Shown here one piece after another: positions 12,330 to 23,958 of a DNA stretch of 64,000 nucleotides. The position numbers were made by a program, and so were the translations under genes. Where the stretch lies: the NCBI GenBank assembly GCA_028534125.1, contig CM052816.1, forward strand, positions 100,008,001-100,072,000, given 5' to 3'. The stretch's first letter is position 1, and every line of letters starts with the position of its first letter. The DNA is from Lama glama (Eukaryota). Under the pieces are notes generated by a model. That model searched no databases. It was not told the origin of the DNA and worked only from the letters and a program-made list of their open reading frames with translations.

Positions 12330-12600
12330 TAAATTGTGAGAATGTCATTTGTTTGAATATTAAAAAGATAATCATAAAAATTGCAGCAACATGAAGAAGC
12401 AAATTGTCATAATGTTAAGTGAAATGAGTGACTGCAACATGGTTGATTATATTTAATCTTATAAAAATTTCGGCATGAAAGAAATAAAGGGAATAGACAA
12501 AGTGATAAAAATGTTTGTTTTGCAGAATTATGCACGATTCTCTCTCATGTTATTTTTTTCTAGAATGGTTATAATAATGGTCTATCATTTTTAAAACGTT
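12330..12600 (+). mobile_element. Very old L1ME-like 3' fragment
   Basis: 'caacatgaag..cataatgttaagtgaaa' motif. Confidence 0.45.
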
Positions 12601-13089
12601 GAAATCATTTGGCGACTATAAATGATTAATTTTTGCCATTATTGCTAGAATACATATAAATTTCACAGAGAAATGCATAAAGTTATTAAGTATGTGCTAA
12701 ATTTTAAAAGATCATCAGCTATGTACAATCTGGCTGGAATGTCTTCATTTTTCCTCTTGGTATAGATTTTATAGCTTTTTTAATACCACACTGATGGAGT
12801 TAAAAATTTACCAATGAAGTGCCTTCTATAGAAACTTGACTTGGGACAAAATTGAAGAAACTTGTGTAAGGTGAGATACTGAGTCTGAGTTAATAATTTT
12901 GCAAGGAGCCCTTTTAATACTTGTGAAGTTAATAATATCAGGAGAAACTGAAGCTTTTTCAAATGTAAGGATTATGTGACAAAAACAAACCGTTTTGGTT
13001 TTCTCCAAATTAGGAAGTGGAATTAAATGCCCACTTCGTTCTATTGGATGTTTGTTTTTCCCATTAAAAGGTGAAGGGCTGCAGTTAGT

Positions 13090-13920
13090 CGGCAGCCAGG
13101 TTTCCATCAGTTCCGCTTCCGCAGCGTCTCTCAGCGTCAGGCGCCAGGAGCCCGGGCTTCGGGAGCGGGCGCAGGCGGTCTGAGTCAGGTGCGCGGGCCG
13201 GCCAGGGCGGACCTGGGGCCGAAGCGGCTGCTGAGCGGCCAACCCACAGCGGCCACAGGGTTTTCTCTCTCGTCAGAAGAGCGCTCGTCCCGGCCAGGGA
13301 GGCTAAGCTGTGCTCTGAGAGGTGCGTGCGGGTGCACACACATGTGCACGTGCGCGCACACACACGCGCGCGCGCGCGCGCACAGTGCTGGCGGCGAGCA
13401 CACACCCGGCCACTTCTGCCGCCCACTTGTCACAGCCCCGGAGCTGGGGCCTGAGATGCGGAAATCAAATTAATTCAGATCAGCGGAATCAAAGAAAGCA
13501 GAGGAAAGCGTGTGTCTGGGCTAGAGGCTAAGTCTATAAAAACAGAGCCGCACAAACCCACCAGCCAAGCCACCCCCCGCCCCTTCCCGCGCACGAGCAC
13601 CCCAGGAGCTGGGGGCGGAGGGCCCTCCTGGCCGCCTCGCTGGTGTCGCGGGGACGCAGCGGTGTTTGGCCCACGACTGCGGCAGGTCTGGAGTCGCTCT
13701 CGGGGCCGCGGCGCCCGGGCAGCCTCCATCTGCCGCAGCCTCCTGCGCCTCCCAGGGGGCCCCGGGCTGATTTTTCAGTCAATTAGCAGAGGGCTGCTTT
13801 TGTTCTGCGCGCACGCCCTGGGCTCCGCTCAGGCAGGGAGCTGGCGCTCAGATGGGGTGGGCTTGGAGGAGCATATTGTGTTGGTTTTTTCCGTGACCTC
13901 GTGACACTGCTGGGCAAACG
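13090..13920. promoter_or_regulatory. CpG island with alternating purine-pyrimidine tract and TATA-like motif
   Basis: CpG-dense; (CG)8 at 13365-13380; CACGTG at 13347-13352; TATAAAAA at 13535-13542. Confidence 0.78.
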
Positions 13921-14745
13921 TTATCTCAGCCATCTTAGCGATCTGCTCAGAAGCCGGCCAAGCGCCCCTCCCCTGTGCTTGTGTCTGAGTGTGTACTGGG
14001 GCTGGGGTGGGGGGTCAGACCACGAATGAGCTGCTTTAAATAAACCACATATTTGAGTTTTGTGTCCCTTTACATTTGGTCTCAAGTTTATTTATTCTTT
14101 TTTTTAAATCAGTTACCTTAACGAGGACAAGGCAGGGGTTGAATTGATGGAGAAAGAGATTTATTGGGTGAAACTGAGTTTATTCTATTGGACGCTGCCA
14201 GAGGCGGGTTAGTCTCCACCTGTCTTGGGGGGATGGGTGCCGTAGCCTTAGAAAGTTCTGGTCGAGAGGGATCTCAGATCATAAGTCCTCTTGGTCATGA
14301 GACTTAGTCACTCTTGACTCAGTTTCCCTGGGCAAGACGGGAGAGAACGGAGTGTGGGGAGGGACAGGTTTGCCTCAGTGAGCCCTCGGCGTCCAGACCA
14401 CGGCTGAGAGCGGCTTCCTATCTTGGTCCCTGTCCTTCCTGCAGCTTCAAACAGGGGGACTCCAGCGTGTACCCCATTTCTCCTCCTTCCTTAAGAGGCC
14501 AGTTGCCCCACCAGCCCCACAGGTCACACTCTCCACCATCCTTTCTCCTCCACAAGTGAGGAAAACACCCCAGTGCCCAGATGCAATGTCTTTGCTGACC
14601 CCGAACACCTGGCAGGTGAGGGAGCTAGAGCTTTGTGACTGCGGATCTTGTGACGATCCTGATGCTCGGTCCTTCTGTGGTCATTGCATGCAGCCAACAG
14701 TGGGCGCTTTCCCTCTCGGTCTAAGATGCTCAGTCACGCTTTTTT

Positions 14746-15030
14746 AATTTATTTTTAAATTTTCTTTAACTTTTTTTAATTGAGTTACAGTCATTTTACA
14801 ATGTTGTGTCAAATTCCAGTGTAGAGCACAATTTTTCAGTTATACATGAACATACATATACTCATTGTCACATATTTTTTCGCTGTGAGCTACCATAAGA
14901 GCCTGTATATATTTCCCTGTGCTACACAGTGCAATCTTATCTGTTCTACAGTTTGAAATCCCAGTCTGTCCCTTTCCACCCCCCGCCCCCTTGGCAACCA
15001 CAAGTCTATATTCTATGTCTATGAGTCTAA
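14746..15030 (-). mobile_element. Young L1 3'UTR, 5'-truncated
   Basis: Antisense to the same family as 4621-4825 ('atatttccctgtgctacacag'); flanked by tcacgctttttt / tcacactttttt. Confidence 0.9.
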
Positions 15031-15036
15031 TCACAC

Positions 15037-15175
15037 TTTTTTTAAATTTATTTTTATTTTATTGGCGCATGGCTAGACTACAGTGTGTCAGTTTCTGGTG
15101 CACAGCATGACACTCCGGTTGTACACCTACGTGTTATATTCGTTTCCAGGTTCTTTTCCACTATAGGCTACTCTA
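15037..15175 (-). mobile_element. Short older L1 3' end directly adjacent
   Basis: Poly-T followed by 'acagtgtgtcagtttctggtgcacagcat..ttcttttccactatagg'. Confidence 0.8.
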
Positions 15176-16261
15176 CAGAAGAAACGTAAAATCGCACTTT
15201 GTTTCCCATTTTTCTCCAGAAGAAAAACTGTCTTCACTTTATTGTGATTAAAACTGGTCAAAGTCCAATACAGAGCATGGCTTTCCACTTTTTATCTGTA
15301 AAGCAACTCTGTCTCCCTCCATCTCTGGGAGTACTTGGTTTCTCAGCACAAGACACGGCGACATGAATCCCCCGAGTGTCCTTTAATGACAGGTGATGGG
15401 GGTGCCTGGGTGCCCTTGTGCGAGGCTCCCAGAGTCCCGCTGCCCGGCCCCTGTGGTTTTCAGCCCCGCGCACTCCCTGGAGGCCCGCCCTCCCCTCCGC
15501 CCTGTTCCCAACGCGCCCACGGTTTTCCCTGCGGGGCTTGGGCACAGGTTCCTTCTCCAACCTTTCACCCGCCCAGCCTCCCGGCCCTGTCTGTCCAGCT
15601 AATAAATATACTTTTTCTCAGTGTTAAGCAGTGAAGTATTCACTGGGTCTGAGCTGGGGTTAACAGATTTCTGGATATTTCCTTACGTGACAGCCTGCCC
15701 TGCATCTCCCCCTCAGCTGTCTCATGTTCTGGGGCAGAAGTGACCGTGTGTGTCACTCTAGCAGTCTAGAATTACACTTGTACCGCTGTCGCCGGCATAT
15801 GGGGCTGTGTATACCCCTAGGCCAGCTCCCTCTCTTTCACGGCTTTTAAAACGGTAACATTTGGCAAACCGGCTCCGACCACTCTCCTTCCAGAGCAGAG
15901 ACACAGGGGCCACCAGAGGCCTGACCGGAGTGGCCAATCAGGGCTCTCCTTCCGGCTAATGAGAGGGTCCCCACGCCCTGGGAGCTGAGAGCAAGTTTTC
16001 ACTTAATTATACAGTCTTCATCTTAAGTGCCTGCTCGCAGGGGGCTTCAGCTGTGCAGGGCTTCACAGGGCTCTCCTCCCCCCGGACCAAGCACATTGAT
16101 CGCAGGACAGTCGATGGGCTGGAGGGCTTGAGTGGATAATGCGGGGGAAGAGCCGGCCTGGAGCCCCAGGAGAGGGGAGGGAGGTGGGGGGTTGTAGACG
16201 GGGTGGGGGCTCTGACGTCTGCGCTGCCAAATGCCATTCATGCTAACCGGGTAGGGGTGGT

Positions 16262-16617
16262 GACAATACTACATCACTTCTACGTGGGATCTGAAAAATG
16301 ACACAAATGTACTTATTTACAAAACAGACAAACTCAGACATAGGAAACAAACTTACCGTTACCAAACGGGAAGGGTGGGGAGGGATAAATTAGGAGTTTG
16401 GGATTAACGGACACACAGCACTGTGTGTAAGATAGATGAACAAGGACTTACCGTAGAGCTCGGGGGGCTGTATTCAGTACCTTGTAATAGCTCATAATGG
16501 AAAAGAATCTTAAAAAATATAAGCGTGTGTGTATGTATATGTAGAACTGAGTCACCTTGCCAGCCACCTGAAACTGACACAGCTTTGTAAAGCAACTATA
16601 CTTCAATTAAAAAAAAA
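16262..16617 (+). mobile_element. Cetartiodactyl-type L1 3'UTR
   Basis: 'aaatgtacttatttacaaaacagac..gggataaattaggagtttgggattaac..aactatacttcaattaaaaaaaa'. Confidence 0.92.
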
Positions 16618-17569
16618 GACAGGGCGGGGGGCAGTGGACCGCAGCAGGGCCAGCACACGTGCCTGTGGCGGGCACAGGACACAGACAGGCCTGACACAGC
16701 CGACTCTGCGGGAGGTGATGGCCAGCGGCACACACCGGCCCGCGCAGCCCGAGCCGCTGGGATGAAGAGCTTTGCGGCCACAGCCCAGCGCCACGGTTGA
16801 GGGGGGTGAGGGCAGCTGGCGGGAGGGCCCTGAGGGCTCTGTCCCCACACCATTCATCCCGCGTCCTGCCGGGGTGGCCTCCACGATCCTGCCCAGGGAA
16901 GGCCGGGCCCTGCCAAGACTCACTTCAGGACAAAGCTCGCCTTGCCGGTCTGAGCAAGCCCACAGTAATTCCCACGGAGAGGCTGTTCCTAGATTCAAGG
17001 ATGCTGGGCTGTCTGTCCAAACATATGAGCAAAGGATGGAGCTGTCCCTGACCCTGGCCCCGACAGTGCAGGGCGCCCCGGGCACTCACTCTGGGCGTTA
17101 GGAGAGACCGCCCGTCTGGGTGACTATCTGCAGAGTGAAGTCAGAGTTCCATCAGCTTCTCAGCGTGGGCGGGACCCTTCTGTGCTGTGATGTCCTTTCC
17201 TCGGCTTGTTCTCACCCCGGCTTGGATACGCTGCTCCCACCCTCCATGCCCACAGACACGCACGTCCCACTGAAAGGCGGCCTGGGGTCCCCGCGGAGCA
17301 GGCAGCGGCGTGTGCCCTCGCGTGCCCGCCGGGGTCAGGATCGGCTGTCTAGAGCCAGTGCTGGCGTTTGCTGGAGCCTCTGGGTTCCATAAAACAAAAA
17401 CAAAGGCATAAATGGAAAGCAGCAAATCAAGCAACAACGAAACTCTGGAGCAGCCCAGGACCAGGACGAGGCCAACCTGGTGCCAGTATTTGGCGGCGAA
17501 GTCTAGAAGCCCCCACCGCCTGACTCCGCCAGCCTCCGAGGAGGAGGAGGCTCTCCACCTGAGCAGGTT

Positions 17570-18143
17570 TCTTTTGTAATTGAAGTGAAATCCACACAAC
17601 ATAAGACCAACCACTTAAAAGGGAATGATACAGTGGCATTTCGTGCATTCACTGTGTTGTATGATCACCGACTACATCAGGTCCCAAAGCATTTTTCATC
17701 ACCTGGAATAAAAGCCACACTAAGTGGTTTCTCCTCATTCTCCTCTCCTCCAACCCCCGGTCACCACTCATCTGCTTTCCGTTTCTGTGGATTTATCTAC
17801 ACTGGACATTTTACAGAAGTGGGATCATGTAACGTGTACCCTTTTGTGTCTGGCTGCTTCCCCTTAACATTATGTTTCAGGGGTTCATCTACTTTGTAGC
17901 CCGTGTCAGTGTGGCATTCCTTTTCACAGCTGCGTACTATTCCACTGTGTGGCTAGATCATGTTTTGTTTATCCATTCATTAGTTGATAAACATTTGGGT
18001 TGCTTCCACATTTTCTCTATTGTAAATAATGCTGTAAGGATTTGTGTACAAATAGTTGATTACATGGTTTCAACCCTTTGGGGCATATACTTACCAACTG
18101 AAGTCCTGGATTGTGTGACAAATCTGTGCTCAACTTTTTGAGG
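17570..18143 (-). mobile_element. L1MB-like 3' end
   Basis: 'aattgaagtgaaatccacacaacataa..cagtggcattt..gtttatccattcattagttgataaacatttgggttgcttccac'. Confidence 0.88.
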
Positions 18144-18682
18144 CACCTGGAAGAAGATATCAAGAACTTCACATTTTGTCAGCTCTTAATAAGGCTAGAC
18201 TTGCCCCAGTGGTTCTCTTGGTGCTTCCAGGTGAATGCAGAAGGCATCCACTGGGGCTGCCCAGTGCTGAGTGGGCAGCAGGGCTTTGCCGTGTTTGGGG
18301 TCAGCAGTGTTCAGTCACAGGCTCTCTGGGTCCCTGCAGGGGCAAACCCATCACTGCCGCCCTAGGGGCTGAGAGGACAGCTGTTTGGGCAGCGGCCTGT
18401 TCACCGCCCTCTCGTGATGACGTCATGGGAGCTGTGATGAGGTCAGGGTTGTGGGCGAGCTGTTTATGGCTCGTGCAGCGTGAGGCTTTGTTTGAGAGCC
18501 TGCAGGGACACAGAGCCCACAGGAAATCACAGCAGGGACACTTACTCTCAAGACCGTGATCACTTAGAGTCACCTTCAATCTGAATAATCCCTAATTTTA
18601 AAAATTTGTGCTTAAAGTACGGATTCGCACTTTTGAAATAAAACTGATTTGTAATTAATATTCACATTATGTTCTAATTAAA

Positions 18683-18820
18683 TTTTTTATTATTTATTAT
18701 TTCGAGGGGGAAGTAATTGAATTTTTATTTATTTACTTATTTTTAATGGAGGCACTGGGGATTGAACTGAGGACCTCGGCCATACTAGGCAGGCTCTGTA
18801 CCACTGAGCTCTAACTCTCC
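18683..18820 (-). mobile_element. tRNA-derived SINE (camelid Vic-1 type)
   Basis: Minus strand reads ggagagttagagctcagtggtacagagc..gaggtcctcagttcaatccccagtgcctccattaaaaa, i.e. Pol III A box, B box and A-rich tail. Confidence 0.9.
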
Positions 18821-19696
18821 TTTGTTTTAATTTTTGATACAGCCTGGTTGTCAAGTCAATTTGCAAGGTTTTTTGGCATAGACATTCAGAATTCGGGGTT
18901 AGATTGGTCATCCAAACCCATGAGTCCTGAGGTCAAGAAGGTGCGACTTAATCAGTTACGAGCACGGTGGGGTCCCTGTGTCCCCCTGCCCTGCTCTACC
19001 GAGACGACACACGTTGTCTGCACTAGGGTATTTCAGTCATTTAAAAATTTCCCACCATCTGAATATTGTGGTTTAGTTAGCTGATTTTTCCCCCAGATGG
19101 AAGGAATAATACCACTCTTTATCATAAAAATTGCAGTTCTAGTCAACGCAATTTCTTTGTGCTGTGATTAGATTTTAACAGGTGTCTGTAAAATTTAAAC
19201 TTTCATGCTGAAGATTAAACCATGGCGCTCAGCCATCCTATCGAGTGAGATGTTCTCACAGCCATTGGTGGAGCCTGCTGTTTCGAGGCTGGGTCCCGCT
19301 GCGAGCAAGGCCAGCATTTTTATGCATTAAAAAGTGATGGGCTACATCTAGGCTGTGACAACACTGTCATGAAGATGAGTTCTAACCAACAAGCTGAGTT
19401 TCTGCTCCTGAACAGATGTGGCCCTTTCAAGACGTCTCCTTGGACGGTTCCTGCCATGTTCCGGGGTCCCTGCCGAGGCTGCTCACGTATTTCCAGCTGT
19501 CCTCCTGGACTCATGTACCAGTTGCCCCCAGCACATCATCTGGGCAAGTATTTCTCACTGGAGGATATTTTTGACAGGGGACAAAACTTTCTGATTTGAG
19601 GTGGATGAGGGAAGATTGAGCCACAGGATGGAAGGGGTCTGTGTGTGTGTCTGCAGGATAAAAGAACCTTGTATGAAATCACCGCACTGACTTCCA

Positions 19697-19835
19697 TTTC
19701 TTTCTTTTCTTCTCTCGAATTTTTTTAAAAAACATTTTGTTTATTTTTTGTTTGTTTAATGGAGGCACTAGGGATAGAAACCAGGACCTCGTGCCTGCTA
19801 AGCATGTGCTCTACCTCTGAGCTCTACCCTACCCC
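19697..19835 (-). mobile_element. tRNA-derived SINE (camelid Vic-1 type), second copy
   Basis: Homologous to 18683-18820; TSD gcactgacttcca (19684-19696) / gcactggctttca (19838-19850). Confidence 0.9.
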
Positions 19836-19959
19836 TGGCACTGGCTTTCAGAAGGTCTCCCATGGGCAGTGTCATCCCCAGTTGTCACTTGAGTATTTTC
19901 ACTTAGAAGTAGATGCTGTTGGTCAGTGGAAGAACCTCAACATGCGACATCCTCACCCC

Positions 19960-20060
19960 CGAGGATGGACGCCCGGCACAAAATGGACAATCCACCATCA
20001 TCACTCAACACCCGCTGAGTGAATGAATGAATGAACGAATGGGTAAGGGAATGAATGAAA
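19960..20060 (+). mobile_element. L2 3' terminus with (TGAA)n tail
   Basis: 'cactcaacacccgctgagtgaatgaatgaatgaa'. Confidence 0.6.
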
Positions 20061-22864
20061 TATAGTTGAAACACACAAACACAGGTCACCAAGGAACACC
20101 AGGACGTTATTTCTTCAAAGCTGTCTCTGTACGTCACAGCCATGTCTCGTGCAGTAATCAAAGCTCAGTTACCAGGAAATACCGGGCAGCGTCAGGCCGT
20201 CCCGGTGACTAAGGCAGATGAGCAGAATAGTGACCACAAGGCAAATCTGTCCTTTTATTCAAATTTGGGATTCCGTTTTATAAGATAAGAAAATTAAACT
20301 GAAATATAGGGTTAGCTTTTTTCCTTCATTTTCACAGAATCTATAAAACCCCAAAATTTAGAAGTCCTCCTTCAAGGATTATTCGGCTTTCCCCGGGAAA
20401 CCACACGGCATCTCCAGCACGCAAGGAACACACACGACCCACCACGCTCTGGGTATTTCTGTGTGAAAACAAGTGTGGAACACGCGATTCTGACCCTTCG
20501 CTCCCTTTGAACTTCATATAAATGGACCCACACAATGTTCACTCCTTTGTGTTTGTCTTTCAGTCAGTGTCTGCTCTATCTGATAGCGGGAGTTCATTCT
20601 TCACATATTTATTGCACGCATATGATAACACGTCTTTATCTCCCCTACTGCCAGTGAACACTGAGTGGTTTCCACCCGGTTGGGTTGTTGCAAGTACAGT
20701 TAGGGTGTTGGGTTGTATCCAACTTCGATGCACATACTCACTCACTTCTACTGGGTGTATCCAGGAGTGGGCTCTGGGAGGTACGTGTTCATCTTTGGCA
20801 GACACGGCCAGACCAAGGCTGTGTGCAATTTACACTCCAGCCAAGATGGTACAGGAGTGCCAGGTTCTCCCCTTTTCGCGCATACTTGGCATTCTTGGTT
20901 TTAATTTTATTTTCACCATTCTGGTGGGTTTGTATCTGTTACTGTCACCACACCTAATTACACGGAGCTTTTCATAGCTTACTTGCCGTTGAACAGTCTC
21001 TTTCGGAAGTGACCGCTGTTCATGTCTTGTGTCAATTTAAAAATCGGTAGTTTTTGTTACTGATTGGCAGGTGTTTTTATATATTCTGGATACGCATCTT
21101 TTGCTGTATGATTGCAAATACCTTATCCTGGTATGTGGCCTGCCTTTTCATTCTCCTTCTTGAAGTGTTTGATGAAAATAAGTTTTTTATTTTAATGAAA
21201 TTTGAATTACCAATATTTTCATTTATTATTTGTGTGTGTATGTGTCCTGTTTAAGAAGCCCTGATCTGCCCCCAGGACATAAAGGTAATCTCTTGTTTTC
21301 TTCATGAGGTTTTAATATTTTGCCCTTACAATTTGTGTTATGATTTTTATAAAATTATATTGTATATTGTGCCAGAAAGGGACCAATGTCCACTTTCCCC
21401 CGTGGAGGTGTAACAGCTTCAGCACTCTAGCGGGGAGAGTATCCTGGCTCCACTGAAATGCGCCAGTGCCTGGTTTTGTCAGTCATGCGACTTGCACACG
21501 TGTGCGTCTGTTTCTGTGCTAACTGTCTATCTGTCTAGCCCTAGACAGTCTCTCTTAATTCCCGGAGTTTATGGTAAGCCTAATCCTATTAGCATAAGTT
21601 CACTAGCATTTTAATTCTTTCATGTTATATTGTATTCAAGATACTTTACATCTGTATATAAATTTTAGAATCAACTTGTCAATTTTCTTAAACATGCCTG
21701 CTGAGATTTTGATTGTGATTGTATTGAATGCACTGAATTTCATTAATTTAGGAAGAACTGACATCTGAACACAATTGAGACTTCTCACTCAAGATCATGG
21801 AATATCTCTCCATTTATTTAAATGTTCTTTAATTTCTCAGCAATATTTTAAATTTAAACGTACAGAGGTCTTGCAATATTCTGTTAGGCTTATTCCTAAA
21901 TATTTGATTATTTTTTATATTTTGTTTTAATTTTCAATTGTTACTACTATATAAAAATACAGTGGGGTTTTGTTGAGCCTTGTATTCAGCAAACCTACTG
22001 AAACTCACCTTCTAGTTTCAATAGTTTATCTGTAGACCCTTTTGTATTTTCTCCATATACAATCAGGCTTCTACAAAAATGGCAGTTTGCTTCTGCCTTC
22101 TCACCTTTACACATTTCCATTCTATTTCCTTTCATCATTGATCTGGTTGGGGTGTCCAGTATCATATTGACTACGAGGGTGAGTGGACATTATTGCCCTT
22201 CCTCAACCTCAGAAAAAAAAAGGGTTTAATAATTTACCATTAAGAATCACGTTGCCTGCTGATGTTTTATAGATCCTTCTTATGAATTGAGAAAGTTCCA
22301 TTCTATTCTGTTTGGTGAGATATTTTTACTTCATTTTATTTTATTTTTTATTGTGGAGGGGTGATGAAACCTAATGGCTTTCTGCATATATTCAGTTTTG
22401 TTTTCCTTTTTTGTTAACAAGACAAATTGCATTATTTGATGTTCAAATATTAAACCAACCTTGCATTCTTGGAATAAACTTCACTTGGTCATTATGCATT
22501 ATCCATTTTATATATTATTTAATTCAATTTGCTAATATTTTGTTTAGCATTATTGTATCTATGCTCATGAGAGATACTGTCTTCTAATTTTTTTTCCAAT
22601 AGTGTTTATGACAAGTTTTAGTGTCAGGCTTATGCTGGCCTCACAAAACAAGCTGCAGAGTGTTCTCTCTTTATCTTCCAAACAAGTTTGTAGAAATGTG
22701 ATATTATTTCCTTTTTAAATAAGTAGAAGAATTTAGCAGTGAGAACATCTGAGTATATAGCATTTTCTTTGGGAATTTCAAAATTATGTGATGAATTGAA
22801 AATAAATATAGGACTATTATTTTCCAATTATTTATTTTATTCTGGTAAATTGTGTTTTTTGTTT

Positions 22865-23958
22865 TGTTAACTCATTAATTTATTTATCCTTCGATTTTTA
22901 TTGAGATATACTTGATACACAGCACTGTAAAAATTTAAGGTGTGCAGCATAATGATTTGACTTACATATGTCATGAAATGAGTATCACCATAAGTTTAGT
23001 GAGCATCCATCATCTCATATAAATACAAAACTAAAGAAATAGAAAAAAGTTGTCCTTGTGATGAGAACTCTCAGGATTTACTCTCTTCACCATATCCATA
23101 TATATCACAGAGCAGTATTAAATTACATTTCTTGTGTTAAACATTACATGCCTAGTACTTGTTTATTTTATAACTGGAAGTTTGTGTCTTTTGACAGCCT
23201 TCATCCAATTCCCCCTCCTACCACTTCCTGTCTCTGGTAACTGCAAATTTGATCTCTTTTTCTATGAGTTTCTTTGCTGTTTGTTTTCAAAGTATATTTG
23301 ACCTACATCACTATATTAGTTCCTATTATGTAGCATAGTGATTTGATATATCTATATGTTTCAAAATGATCACCACAGTAAGTCTATTCGTGATCTGTCA
23401 CCACACAAAGATATCACAGTTATTGACTATATTCCCACACTGTACATTACACACTCCTGACACATTTATTTTGCAACTGGAAGTTTGTACCTCTTCATCT
23501 CCCTCACCAATTTCTTTCCTCACTCCCATCCCTCCCTTCTGCTACCCACTTGTTTGTTTCCTTTATCTATGACTCTGTTTCTGTGTTGCTGTTTGTTCAT
23601 TTGTTTTGTTTTTTAGATTCCACACACAAGTGAAATTGTACAGGATTTGTCTTTCACTGTCTGATTTATTTCACTTAGCATAATATCCTTAAGGTCATGT
23701 TGTTGCAAGAGACAAGATTTCATTCTTTTTTATGGCTGAGTAATATTCCATGATATATATCACATCTTCTTTATCAATTCATCTGTTGATTAGCATTTAG
23801 GTTGCTTCCCTATTTTGGCTATTGTAAATGTTGCTACCATGAATATAAGGGTGCATATACATTTTCTAATTAGTGTTTTTGTTTTCTTTGCATGAATACC
23901 CAGGAATGAAATTTCTGGGTAATGTGGACCTTCAACTTTTAATTTTTTGAGGAATTTT
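22865..23958 (-). mobile_element. Laurasiatherian L1 (L1MA9/L1_Carn-like) 3' end inserted into older L1
   Basis: 'tttttattgagatatacttga..gtgatgagaactctcaggatttactctct..ttagattccacacacaagtga'; flanked by similar 'gt(a/t)aatt(t)gtgttttt' direct repeats. Confidence 0.88.

Noticed and set aside
17412..17579. 55-codon ATG ORF (MESSKSSNNE...)
   Set aside because: No recognisable homology, and its stop falls in the tail of an L1 insertion.
18745..18820. tRNA-like sequence with A and B boxes
   Set aside because: Degenerate, followed by an A-rich tail and present in two dispersed copies, so a SINE rather than a tRNA gene.
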